The notes beneath the pieces are model-generated. The model did not search any database and was not told the DNA's origin. It worked only from the letters and a program-made list of their open reading frames with translations. DNA of 48,605 nt from Paraspadella gotoi (lineage: Eukaryota > Animalia > Chaetognatha). The stretch lies in NCBI GenBank assembly GCA_051294375.1, contig CM119263.1, forward strand, positions 27,925,027 to 27,973,631, in the 5' to 3' direction. Positions within the stretch are counted from its first letter, which is position 1. Every line of letters starts with the position of its first letter. The position numbers and the translations under genes are program-made. Shown here piece after piece: positions 10,490 through 23,559 of the stretch.

Positions 10490-10761
10490 ATGGTATGGCA
10501 ACAGCCGGGTTGCCTGTGATGCCCATTGGGATGGGGCATCTCACTGTTGGCTTTGGGGGCTTCCGACCCTCAGTGACGCCTCCAGTCACTGGCGCGGTTA
10601 CCCTAGGACGGTCTCGCTTTCCCAACGTAGAGGGAAGTCATTAGGACTGTGAATGGAACACTACACCTGGGATGGTGTGTTCCCCCTCTGAGCCAATGGA
10701 TTTGGCTGAAGGATGGTGGATGTGAGGCGGTGTGAATATACCGCCACAATGGAGCGTTTTT
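10490..10761 (+). other. Hairpin-dense segment, possible structured RNA of unknown class
   Basis: At least six 6-7 bp stems lie in tandem, followed by a T5 run. The strand is tentative. Confidence 0.35.
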
Positions 10762-11076
10762 CTCGTTGTAACGTGAGTCACGTGACCTTTTCAGTGCTGG
10801 AGAAAGATGAGGTGATGATGGTGAAAGAATTAGGTTGTATTAGACGTAGAATAGAGAGAGAAATAGTTCTATTTCTTAAATATTTGGCCATATCAATTGC
10901 TACCTCATGTGAGGCATTCACCTTACTACAAAGAACCGCAATAAAGGCACTTATTGCGCCCTCATTGTTACGCAAATAGCAGCCATCCACATTGTGCTTC
11001 CAATTCGACCGCGGACGTTTTCTTCCCAGTTCCGTCAGCTCATTTACCTCCACAAAGTAATGAAACGCATTGTAAA

Positions 11077-11132
<56 letters not shown>
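11077..11132. repeat. (GAC)n microsatellite
   Basis: Perfect trinucleotide run. Confidence 0.97.
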
Positions 11133-13293
11133 TTTCGCAAACAAAAGACCGAAGACCTAGAGTCGTAAAAAAGACGATGAGGCAACAAAATGCGTTGACG
11201 AGGCGACGAAAATACCGAGTATACGAGTTACATCCGGGATGCAAAGGCTTTCGACGAGCTTTCTTACAAAGAAAAAAGCCTGAGGCGATCTTCTTAACAA
11301 AGAAATTATTACATCCGGGCAGAAAGAAGCTTACGATCGAATCCCTCGAACAAAGAGAGAGAGAGAGAGAATCACCTCCGTCGCTGTCCGAAATTAGAGC
11401 GACGGATTTAACGGCGACGGTTTTAACGACGTCCAAACAAATCTGTTGGTCCGGATTTAAAGAGGATTTAATCTTCGGAATCGAATTGTCCGTTCGTCCC
11501 TCCGTTCGTCCCTCCGTTCGTCCCTCCGTCTGTCCGTGGATCGAACTCTGGAATTGAACTCTGCTCTCGATCGGAATGTCCTTCCTTCTTTCTCTATTTT
11601 TTTTTTCATTTCGAGATTTTCACCGACTTTTTTTTCCCCTTGGAATCCGAAATAGTCTTTCCGAATTATTTCCGCTGACCCACTTTAAACCCACGCCTCG
11701 CAGCTTGTTGTCCCCGCAAACTACCGCCCTGCACCCTCTCGCTGTAATCCCAGCCTAATCAAATCCACGTCTCTTCCCCCCCTCCCAAAAAAAAAAAACT
11801 AACTTCTAGTTTACGCAAATAAACGAAAAGATTTCTCTCTCGAATTTTCGAATCATCCGATCCTCGGGAATTAGAACCGACGGAATGCGTAATTTATCAA
11901 AGGAGATGCGTTGACTGCCTCTCTTTAATAAATTTGTTTTTCATCTGTCCCGTCGTATATAAATTTATCTGTTTAATGGTTAATATGACATTTGTTTTTT
12001 GGTTTTTTTTTCTTACGAAAGAGAACGTCTGTCCTTTACTCGGCTCAATTATTATATTTATTTTATCTAATTAGAGAAAATTGACATAAAGGGCAATGAT
12101 CCTTAGAGAATGACTCATCGGTTATTTTTAGGAAAAAAAAAGTCAATACGAGATCACGTTTTTTCGTTTTTAAAAAATAGTAAATAGATAAATATAGTTT
12201 CGTTGAGTTCTATTCTACCTGTACTCATTAACTCATTAAATCGTAGAAACGAGAGGCGCCAACTTTAACCAATTAAGTTCAAACAACAAACAAACAACAA
12301 CAACAACAAGTCTGCGGCTTCGCGATTCGTGGACACCGGAATCTGCGGTTGAGGAAGAGAAGAAGGAAGAGGTGGAAGAGGAGGAAGAAGAGAAGCAGGT
12401 GGGGAAAGGGAAAGGTGAAACTAGGTGCTGGGCGGGGGTGTCGGGGCTGTGATTGGACAAAATCGAACGCATGAAGGATCACAGGGTCACGTGAGCTGAT
12501 GAAGGATTTCCCGCGAGATGGCGAAGGTCGAAAGGTAAGGAAGGGTCAATGAAGCGAAGGTAAGAAACGAGGGGGGGGAAAAAGAGGGTGACGTAAAGGG
12601 GGGCGGGTGAAAAAGGTCAGTGAGGGAAGAAGGGAGGAAAAAAAAGGTGTGAACCAATTGGAAGCGGAGTAAGTGTCCCCGTTGTTGTTGTTGTCGTCGT
12701 TGTTGTTGTTGTCGTCGTTGTTGTTGTTGTTGTCGAAGGATTTGACGTTGTTGCGATTGCCCTTCCGTGATTGGTTTGAAATTATCCAATCGCTAATTGC
12801 AAATTTTATCCTAGGTGTGACGTCACGAGGTAGTCTTTTTTTTTTCAAACAATAAGTTAAAAATAACTAATTTGGATGAGAAACGTTTTTCAGCCAAAGG
12901 ATTTCGTAAACGATTTTTTAACTGGGAAAGGATTCAGATTGCAAGAATCGACGGCTTAAGGGGAAGAGGGGAGACAGGAGAGTGGGAGAGAGTAAAAAGT
13001 CTAAAGGAATTGACTAAAACTCAGTGAAAGAATTTTTTTTATTAAGGATTTATTAAACACAACAAGTACAAATAATAACTTGGTAAAAAAAGGCTAGGTG
13101 AAAGAAGATAAGATAAAAAATAAAGAAGAAAGTATGAAACGCTTTGTTTAAATACGATATGTTATGTCATGTTATGTTCAATGTCTAACTCCTCTTCAGC
13201 CATCTCTCGACATAAAGACTCAGCGAGGGCCGGAACTGATTATTGAAAATGAACCAAAGTTTAACTCGCGAATGCAGATCTGGTGCGCGTATT

Positions 13294-13372
13294 CCTTTGC
13301 GTGAACGTCGCGCCACCTTCGAGTGAACGTCACGCCACCTTTGCGTGCACATGGCACCTTTGCGTGCACAGG
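13294..13372. repeat. ~22-bp minisatellite, 4 degenerate copies (CCTTTGCGTGAACGTCRCGCCA)
   Basis: Directly visible tandem units. Confidence 0.75.
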
Positions 13373-14041
13373 ATTCCACGTGGTCATTGCTCAACGCTAA
13401 TGCCTCACACGTTCCACGGATGCCGAGATTTTTTTTCCGTTGGCGTCAGATATCGCGAGATAAGCGACTCGAGTTTGATCGTTGGGAAAAATCAACCGNN
13501 NNNNNNNNNNNNNNNNNNNNNNNNNNNNNNNNNNNNNNNNNNNNNNNNNNNNNNNNNNNNNNNNNNNNNNNNNNNNNNNNNNNNNNNNNNNNNNNNNNNN
13601 NNNNNNNNNNNNNNNNNNNNNNNNNNNNNNNNNNNNNNNNNNNNNNNNNNNNNNNNNNNNNNNNNNNNNNNNNNNNNNNNNNNNNNNNNNNNNNNNNNNN
13701 NNNNNNNNNNNNNNNNNNNNNNNNNNNNNNNNNNNNNNNNNNNNNNNNNNNNNNNNNNNNNNNNNNNNNNNNNNNNNNNNNNNNNNNNNNNNNNNNNNNN
13801 NNNNNNNNNNNNNNNNNNNNNNNNNNNNNNNNNNNNNNNNNNNNNNNNNNNNNNNNNNNNNNNNNNNNNNNNNNNNNNNNNNNNNNNNNNNNNNNNNNNN
13901 NACATCAACGGCGGCATCCCTGTCTCTGGCACCTGACCAACTGGTCGACTCTCGAGCGAAAATCGAGGAAAAGAGAAAGAAAATTGGGTCAGGAAAGGAA
14001 TTAATTGACTCTCCTCTCTCCTCTCTCCTCTCTCTCTGCTT

Positions 14042-14105
<64 letters not shown>

Positions 14106-15479
14106 GTCAGCGCCCTTTGGCCATTTCCGTTTTATGCGGGTCCAGCGTTGGTTACTTATTTGTTTTTTTTTTTAAATGCGCGTTTTTTAGATAGCGTTGA
14201 CCGGACTTAGGTAGAATCTTTAATCCCCTCATTGGGAATTTCAAAAACGAATCGGAAATGCCCTCCGGATTTGCCGGAATTTTTTATCTTTTTTTTCAAA
14301 CTTGCTTTCCATTTTTAATATTCATTTATTACTCGAACAGGTTTCCCTATTCAGTGAGTCTGGGACCAAAATGATTTTTTATAATTCACATAGAACGTTT
14401 CCTAAATTCAGAGTCTGTCCTTCAGAAGTGAGCTAAGAAGAGGTGGCATTTGCCCTAGTCGGCACAACCTTCACACCTTCCTACATTTCACAACTCTCTC
14501 ACATTTACCCCTCATCCTTTTTTCTTCTTACCCTCTGCTACTCTCCCCCCTTTTTCGCGAATTCAAAGTCTCCCTCTGCTCTTGTTTTATTTACTGTCAA
14601 ACTCTCGCGAAGCAGAAAACGTCGATGGCTTTCTATGTCAGCAGCCGCTTTTTCCAGCGCCTTTTGCTGCCGTTACTGCCGCCTTCACCGGCCCTGCTGC
14701 TGCTGTAGATTCGGCGATTCTGGTCGTGAAGTCTTCGATAGTCATTCAGTTGGTCACATGATCTTTGAAAGTCGTTATTACAAGTAAGCGGTTGTTTAAT
14801 GACGATGTATTGGTTAATTTTTTGGGGGGGTCTTAAAATGACTAAGAAGGACAAAAAAAGAGTAATTTCAAAAATAACCAAATGAATCCTGAAAGAAATC
14901 TTAAAAGACGAAAAAAAGAAATAAGGAACTAGAGAAAGAAAGAAAGAAAGAAAGATAGAAAGAAAGAAAGAAGCATCGTTAATGGGTCAAAATCGCCGAA
15001 GTTCCTTTCAAGAAAGAAATGGGGTTGAGGGATGAGCGTTTAGTAGTTGGGGCCAAGATACATCGTCGTCGTCGTCGTCGTGGTCGTCGTCGTCGTCTTC
15101 GTCGTCGTCGTTTAGAAGACGTAAACAAAATCCGTTCCTCCTTTGAAATGCGAGACTTCATTGATTATGGTGCCGATATGAGATGGAACTTTGAAAAGGT
15201 TCCATCGCCCCAGAGAACTTTGCGACCTTTGGCACGAATTCGGGGGGAAAAAGGAAATAAAAACTGACGGACGAAGGAATCGGATTGGAGATGATTCGTC
15301 GTTGTTGTCGTCGTTGCTAACGTCCCGGTAGTTTGTGTCATTAGTTTTTGCTTGGGTTTTGTCCGTCAAACTTGAGGAAATTTGTTAAACAAAGTTTTAT
15401 AACTTCTCGTCAGATATTATTGGCATAATTTTGAAGGATAGTTAAACCGTTTTTTGAAAAGGTAGTGAAACTAGCGAGC

Positions 15480-16130
15480 TAAGAAACGGAGAAAGAGAAA
15501 GAAAGAAAAAAGAATGAAGAAAGAAAGATAAAGTGAAAATATTGTAATTCCCAAGATGAAGATAGCATCAACACAAAATCGAGAAACAAGAAAACTTGGC
15601 TGCAGATTCCAATTTTATTTGGCTCCTCTTTCTTTTTACTTCTTTTTCTTTCTTTTCGTTTATTTTTCTTTCTCAAAAACAACAAGCGAAGAATATTTGA
15701 TAACAACGACAACGAAACTAAGAACAACAACTGAAAACTAAATAATAGAATTAAACATTGAAAAAAAAGAGGGGGAAGAAGGGAAAAGAAAGCAAAAGAG
15801 AAAGAGGAAGGGGAGAGGGAAAGGGAGAGAAGAAAAGAAGGAAAAAAAGCAAAGAAAGAAAAAAAAAAAAAAAAAAAAAAAAAAAGAAAGAAAGAAATTA
15901 AATACAAGGAGGGAAGAAAGAAAAGGGAAAGGAGGAAAGAGAAAGAGAGAAGGGGGAGAGGAGGGAGGAAAGAAGAGAAGAAGAGAGGAAAAAGGAAAAA
16001 GGAGGAAGGAGAGGGGGAGGGGAAAAAAAGAGAGAGGGAAAGAGGAAGAGAAGAAGAAGAAGAATTATACTAAAGAAAGAAAGAAAGGGGGAAAAAAAGA
16101 AAAAAAGAAAAGAAAGAAAAAAGTAGGTGA
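15480..16130. repeat. Purine-rich low-complexity tract
   Basis: A/G-dominated sequence that yields spurious F/S/L and K/R/E ORFs. Confidence 0.85.
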
Positions 16131-18739
16131 AATCAGGTATTAGGGCCCTCATTGTCTCTGGATAGATCCCAATTCTTCAAATTCATTCCCGATGTTTTAA
16201 AAAAAACGACTGCACCCAAAAGGATGAAGACTATAGAGAGAAGATAGATAGAGCGAGAGCGACGAGAGAGAGACGAGTGAGACGAAAGAGAGAGAGATTT
16301 CATAAGATACCCTGATTTTTATCTCCACCCCCTCTTCTGTCTTCTTCGTCTATTTCGGACTTGCCTTTGTCCCCATTTGTTTTTTTCTCCTACTTTCCCC
16401 GTTCCTTTCCCTTACCCAACCCCTACTACCCCCTCTGCCCCTTTTTCCCTCCCCTTTACAACCCCTCCCCTCAAAGATTCGACGCTTATTTTCGCTACCA
16501 TTTTTTTTTATTTCCCTCTTTTTCCAAATCGGCGTTTTTCTCCCAAAAAATTCCAAATGGACGTCGTTAGCATCGTTTCGGAATTTTCGACGCCCTCATT
16601 GCAGTAATAACGCCATCTTCGGGAAGGCAAGAAAAGCCGCGTCTCACAGCGTAGGTGGCCCCGGCGCCAGCGTAAGAAGGGCACGGCGCCGTCAACCGGT
16701 ACGAGACAGGATGCATCCGCTCAAGGGATGCGGAAGGGGGGGCGGACGAAAGGGAAGACTAAGTGAGAATGACGTATGATGGGGGAAGCTGGGGTCGCGG
16801 GATATTTGCAAGTATGCGGTGTTGGGTAGGGGCTTTGTACATCCCTTGCAGGGAAGGGGGAAGGAGGAACGTGGGAGAGAAAGAGAGAGAGAGAGATGGA
16901 GACGACCGAGAGAGAGAGAGAGAGAAGACGAGAGGACAGAGGGAGAGAGAGATGGAGCGTGGAGACGAGAGAGGCGAGAGAGATGAGCAGATTAGAGAGA
17001 GATAAAGAAAGAGGGAGAGATAATTTAAAAAACGGTTTGAAAAGAAAGATTCTTGTTTCAATTCCACAAGAACGGTGAAAGATTTGAACTCAGGTGAAGT
17101 TTTTCAACTTCAAAAAAAAAAGAAAAATAGTCACGGATGGAGGAGAAGCACCAAAAAAGTCTCGGGTTCGCTGTCCGACGGTCGATTCGCGTCAAAATCG
17201 AAACGAAAACGAAATTTTATATTCGCGCGTGTTATTTTAAAAAAAAAAAAAGAAATTTAAAATCGAATCCGATTTTTTAAAAAAAAATTGAGGGGGAAAC
17301 CGTGAAAAATTGTTGTCACATGTGCATAGAAATTTGGTGATTTTTCTATTATTTCTGATAACCATTTTGACACCGCATCTCACAGTTTCTCGTTTACTGC
17401 ATCCTTTTCTTCTTCCTTGTTCCCTTCTCTCTTCCTTTAAACCGTTTATCATCCCCCGTCTTCCCTCTCCCTCTCTCGTTTTGCTTCTCTTTTTCTTCTC
17501 TTTCCCTGTTACTCTTTCCTCTTCCCTTCCCTCTCTCTTCAAAATCCTGTCATGTCCTCTTTTCCCCACTCTAAATTCCCCTAGAGAATCAAAGAGGAAC
17601 AGAATTTTCTTTCTTTCTTTCTTTCTTTCTTTTTTCTTTCTTTCTTCTTGTCTTTCTTTCTTTCTGGTCTTTCTTTCTTTCTTCATTCTTTCTTTCTTTC
17701 TTTCTTTCTTTCTTCATTCAACTTTCCTTTTTTTTTAGCTCGAGATCTGTTTCCTTTTTCCCGTCCATTCATCCGCTCTCTCGCCTTTCCGTTTTCTGTT
17801 TTCCTGGGCATTTCCTTCTCGGCCATTCTCACTGGCATTCCGGCCATCTCACCCGGCAAGCCTGCCCTCTTTTTCTCTCTCTCCGCCCGTGTCCTCTCTT
17901 AATGTCTTCCAACGACCTTCGTTCCGAGAATGATCATTTTTATTCTTCTTCCCCTTGGAGGCTGCGGGCGGAAAATTTCCCGTCGGCGTTTCGTCGTCGT
18001 CTCGGTTCCAAATAATCGTCTTTGATATTTTTCCTCACCTGCTTTTGATTGTTCTTTGTTAGCCAAAAAAAAAAATAAAAGACCCCTCGTTTTTTGAAAA
18101 AATGAAAAATTTTAATTTATGGGAATAAACTATTATATTAAAATTGGTACAACAAATAATAAAAAATACCCATGTCATTAATAAATAAGCTATTTTGCCC
18201 CTGACCATCTATAATCTTAATCATTAGCCCTGGTGTACTGACCCGCGTATTGCGAATCTTACGCGGGCGGACTCCCGCCCCTTTGAATTGTAACAGTGTG
18301 CACGCTATATGCAAAGAATCGTATGGCCCAGCTAGCCAAATGCATAAATTTAACGTCTATGCCGTTCAACTGGTAGTGAAACTAGCAGTCATGAATCCCC
18401 CCGACTAAACTTTGGACGTTTTCCTCTAATCTTTAAAGCCAATACTCAACGTACAATGTGATTGACTTTGTATCTTAATCCTAAAGCTCTCCGATGAATT
18501 CCAAGTGGAATGCCCGTCCTGTGCGCCGATGAATGTCCATCCTTTCACGATATGATATTCACCCTTCTGTCCTGAAAGCGAGAAGAGTCCGAGAGGATAG
18601 CGAGAGTCTTCATCCCCGCCGACCGTCACCTTTCAATCCTGGGTCAGCAATCGGAGAGGAGAGAGGGAGAGTGGTATAGATGGGGAGAGATGATAAGGGA
18701 AAAGGACGAAGGAGGAAAAAAAAAAATTTGCGATGTAGG

Positions 18740-21700
18740 AAAGATAAAGTTTTTAAATAATCATAGTTTAGTAATTAAAAAAAATTTTAAAACCCGAATG
18801 AAAAAGAGAATGAAAAATAACGATTTTTGGGCGAGTTGCGGGGCGCATTGGGCTCTTTATTTGCACCTCGGAGTTTGGCACGGGTTCAATACTTTTCTCG
18901 TCGGTTCTGTTATCTCGATGATTTTTAGGACCTTTTTGATCTCGTTGTTGACCCTTCTTCATGATCCTTCCGCGGCCTTGACCACTTCTCGCTCGATTTC
19001 CGTGGACATTTCTCTTGACCTCAGGACCTCTATGTGACAAACTTGACCCTTTTGCGACCTTTGCTAAATCCCTCTGATCGTCCGCATTGAATAATGTTGA
19101 GCAAATTTTTTTAGAAAACATTTTGAAAAATTCGCGTGGGTTGGAGAAAACGATTGCAGGACGACGAAGGCGGACGACCGACGATAAACCTGACGAATCG
19201 ATGTCAGCCTGACGTCGACGCTTTTTTCAACTGGAAAAGACGATTATTATTAAAAGACGCAATGTGAACGACGACGACTGGGACGACGACCGACCGACGA
19301 CGACGAACGACGACGACGTCGGACAGACGACGCAACGACGACGCGGAAAAAAACGAGTTGATTGGACACAAAATCATCGTGCGTGAAAAGAGAAACAATA
19401 AAAGACGAAAAAGACGGGCAAGGGGAAAAAGTGAAAGAGAAAGAAAAGGAAAGAAAAGGAAGGAATAGGTGAATGACAAGGAAAAATGGAAAAAGAAAAA
19501 AAAGAAGGAAGAAAAGTAAAAAAGAAGGGCAGGAGGAAAAAAAAAGGGAAGGAGAGGAGAGTTAAGAAGAGTGGAGAGAAAAAGAGAGGAGAAAGAAAAA
19601 ATGGTTTTGTGAAACAGCAAACAAACAGCGGGGAAGATGCGGAGAAATGCCCATGGAAGAAAAGAAAATAGGAGTATGAAAATGGTCAGACAAATGGCGA
19701 TTGAAGCATTGGTGTAGGGCGCCACTCATTTTATGGACCTCTATTGCTATGTTGCAACAGCCTCGTGGTCGATATGATAAAAAAGAAGACCTATCACCCG
19801 CCTATAGTAGAGAAGAATGACCCTTCCCCCATTATTTTACCAAAAAAATATTTTTTTTTAAAACAAAACAACAACCATTGGAAGACGTCAACGACTGCAG
19901 CAGCAACATCACCCAACAACAACAACAACAACAAAAACATTCATTTTTTTGGTGACGGCCTTGCAGCAGCAACATCACCAACAACCAAACAACCAACACA
20001 AACATTCATTTTGTCTTTTCAGTGTTTTAAGGGTCAAAGTTCTCGGAATAGGTCAAGCGTCAAAAAGAAGCGTTTCGGACGATTAAGGGCGAAGCTTTCC
20101 AACGTCCAATTCAGAGGCCAACTTTTTCCGGGGTCGGGCCAACTCACACGGTTTGTATGAGGTTCATGGTCAGGTCAGGTCACCAATTTTTATTTCTCTG
20201 TCATCTCCGTTGAAATAAGAACGATTGAATTTTTTGTACAACTCTCCTTTCTTACACTTTTCGTTTTTTATCTGTCCTAATTTTACTGCTGTGTTCTCCT
20301 CTTTTCCTCTCTCCTTTCCTCTCCCTTCTGTGTCCTATTTACTCCTCTGTTCTCTCTCTTATCTTCCTATCCTCTCTCCTTTCCTTTCTCTTTCTCGGTT
20401 TTACACTTCCCCCACCCATTTTATGCTTTGAAAAATAAATAGCAGAGATTTAATAGGTCTGATATTCGAAACCGCGTCACTCTCTCTCTCTCCTCTCCTC
20501 TCCCCTCCTCTTCTCTCTCTTCTCGCTCTCTCTCTCTCTGTCTCTCTTTTCTCTCTCTCAAAACTCTCTCTCCTCTCTCTCCTCTTCTCTCTGCTTTTTC
20601 TCTCTCTCTCCCTGTGTCGGACGTGGGAGGACTGATCTGCGCGCCATGTTGGGTCACTGACCCCCGCGCGTGCTTGCACCACCTCGTCACTCTGTGATCT
20701 CGACAATATCGAAGCGACCGGACGACGACGACATCGAGGAACCTTCTGCACTCCGTCGTCAACCCTTGACTCCCGATCGACCTACTTTATTCAACTTACC
20801 CTATACCCCAACCTCACCCACTCCAATGACTTGTTTCCTGAAGCCAACGAAAAAAGAAAAAAAAGAGAAAAAAGGAAAAAAAATCGATTGGTGCGAAAAA
20901 AAAAATCCTTATCGAACTTTTATGTCGCAGAAGAAAAAAAATTAACCACCTCCTCCCCTCCTCCTCCCTCCTTCCTCACCCTCGCGGTGTCGTCTTGTCA
21001 TTGGAAAACCCTGTGTTTTAAAACTCCTGCGCGGCCGGTGGCCTTTCTGGGAAAAGGCAGGTGGAAATCAAAAATAACTGTCTTCTCCTCTCTCTCTCTC
21101 TCTCTCTCTGCCTCTCTCTCTCTCCCTCTCTCTCTCTCTCTCTGCTCTCTCTCTTTCTCTCTCTTCTCTCTCTCTCTGCTCTCCTCTCTCTCTCTCTCTC
21201 TCGAAAACTAGCTGTCGTTCACATGCGCCAAATCTTTGCACGCATTCTATGCATTCGCACGTTTCATTGCTAATGGACTTTCTCCATCTCCCCTCGCGGT
21301 GAATTAAGCATGACGTTTGACGGACGAATAATGCAAAAAATAGCCCGCTGCAAACTTCGGTGCTAAATTTGGTATTTTGCCCTTTTAAAAAGTGAATGTT
21401 TGATGCAACAATAATGTCGTGACAAAAACATTACAGCTGAGAGTCTCAGACGACGCCGGTTCGCATCGTCGGTGATGGATTGAAAAATGGCGAACTCGAA
21501 GACGAAGATGCAACATTGAGAGAGAGGAGAGAAGAGAGAGAGAGAGAGAGGAGATTGAAAGAGAGAGCAGAGGAGACCTAAGAGAGACGAGAGAAGCAGA
21601 GAGAGAGGAGAAGAGGAATTATCTCTCANNNNNNNNNNNNNNNNNNNNNNNNNGAAAGAGAGGAAAGGAGAGAGGAAAAGAGGAGACAGGAGTAAATAGG

Positions 21701-22481
21701 ACAGATAAAAAAAGAAAAGTGAAGAAAGGAGAGTTGTACAAATCGTTCTTTTCAACGAGATGACGAGAAATAAAAATTGTGACCTGACCTGACCTGACCT
21801 CATAACGTGATTGGCCCGACGAAAGTTGGCCTCTGAATTGGACGGACCAGCTTCGCCCTTAATCGTTCGACGACTCTTTTGACCTTACCTAATCCGGGAT
21901 TGACCTTACCAAAAAAATGAATGTGTTGTTGTTGTTGGTGATGTTGCTGCTGCAGTCGTTGACNNNNNNNNNNNNNNNNNNNNNNNNNNNNNNNNNNNNN
22001 NNNNNNNNNNNNNNNNNNNNNNNNNNNNNNNNNNNNNNNNNNNNNNNNNNNNNNNNNNNNNNNNNNNNNNNNNNNNNNNNNNNNNNNNNNNNNNNNNNNN
22101 NNNNNNNNNNNNNNNNNNNNNNNNNNNNGCACCATAGCAATAGAGGTCCATAAAATGAGTGGCGCCCTCCACCAATCTTCAATCGCCATTTGTCTGACCA
22201 TTTCATCTCTTTTCTTCCCATTGCATTTCGCATCTTCCCCGCTGTTTGCTGTTTCACTATTTTCACTATTTTCTCTCAATCTCTCTTAACTCTCTCTCTC
22301 TTCCCTTTTTCCTCCTCCCCTTCTTTTTCTTTCTTCCTTTCTTTTTTCTTTTTTCCATTTTCCTTCATTCACCTATTCCTTCCTTTTCTTTCCTTTTCTT
22401 TCTTCCACTTTTCCCCTTCCCTCTTTTTTCGTCTTTTATCTCTTTTCACCAACGATGATTTTGTGTCAATCAACTCGTTTT

Positions 22482-22533
<52 letters not shown>

Positions 22534-23005
22534 TTGACGTCTTTATAATCGTCTTTTCAGTTGAAAAGCGTCGACGTCAGGCTGACATCGCATTCGTCAG
22601 GTTTATCGTCGTCGTCGCCTTCGTCGTCCTCATCGTTTCTCACCCATCGCGAATTTTTCAAATGTTTCTAAAAAATTTGCTCAAAATTATTCAATGCGAC
22701 GAATCAGAGGGATTTAGCAAAGGTCAAAAAGGGTCAAGTATTGTCACAAGAGAGTCCTGAGGTCAAGAAATGTCCACGATCGAGCGAGAAGATGGTCAGC
22801 GGCCGCGGAAGGATCATGAAAGGGTCAACAACGATCAAAGGTCCTGAAAAATCGAGATAACAGAAACGACGAGAAAAGTATCGACCGGCCAAACTCCGAG
22901 GTGCACCCAAATGCGCCCAACTCCGCCAAAAATCGTTATTTCACTTCTCTTTTTCATTGTTTTAATTTTTAATTAACTAAACTATGATATTTAAACTTTC
23001 CTTAT
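18740..23005. repeat. Large inverted duplication: arms ~18740-20394 and 21654-23005
   Basis: For example 19170-19250 is the reverse complement of ~22545-22620. The arms differ mainly by small indels. The right arm starts at a 25-N gap. Confidence 0.92.
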
Positions 23006-23014
23006 GCTTTAATA

Positions 23015-23300
23015 TTTTGTAACTTGCATCATTTTTCAACTTGCATAATTTTTTCAACTTGCATTCCGCAAACTTTATATCTAGCTTTCTTCACTCACAT
23101 TTCCTACCGGCTCACAAAATTTCATCGTCAATCTATCATGGGTTAAAATAAATAAAAAGATTTCAAGTTAAATGTGACTCATATTTTTCCATTATTAAAC
23201 TAATTTCCACTCAGCCACCGTTCCATCGAATTTTATATCCAGCTTAATCACACCATCTACCACACACAAAAATTTAATTCCAATCCAACAGCCAATCACT
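23015..23300. repeat. Second copy of the AACTTGCATAATT-containing dispersed repeat
   Basis: Three AACTTGCAT units are followed by sequence similar to ~5870-6030. Confidence 0.55.
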
Positions 23301-23559
23301 GGTTATTGGAAAGCTTTTTGCTAAGATGGACGGATGGAAACGGATTGATTGACTAATTAAATTAATTATTGATTAATATTACTAAATTGATTAAAACTGA
23401 TTAATATTTGATTATTAATACATCCTGCAATTACATTAATATAAAAGGAAAAAGAAGGATAATCAATTAGTTAAAACAGGTTTTTTTTTTTTTTTTCTCT
23501 TTTTTTTTTTTTCTTAAATCTATTTCCACTCCAAACCTATTCTCCAAATTTGAGAACAA

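Noticed and set aside
10500-10760. 7SL, 7SK or RNase P identity for the hairpin-rich segment
   Set aside because: Only short resemblances are present (GCCGGG..TGCCTGT, GGATGTGAGG, GAGGGAAG). The SRP S-domain, 7SK GATC motifs and RNase P conserved regions are absent.
5600-13372. Short tandem units at 5600-5860 and 13294-13372 as CRISPR-like arrays
   Set aside because: The units are contiguous with no unique spacers, the context is eukaryotic, and there are no cas genes.
16660-16850. Minus-strand SYVILT*...LRW as another Ig cassette
   Set aside because: There is a stop at the Cys position, the Cys-Trp spacing is wrong and no donor was found.
18200-18660. Ig-like words (TW..RIKI..TLSI, GEYH) in ORF 18426-18629
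   Set aside because: The motifs are out of order and are not reproduced in the duplicate at ~35020-35560. The sequence is too noisy to call.
20800-20837. 38-nt minus-strand segment with good acceptor and donor
   Set aside because: It is not frame-preserving, the peptide is unrecognisable, and it lies inside an inverted duplication of uncertain orientation.
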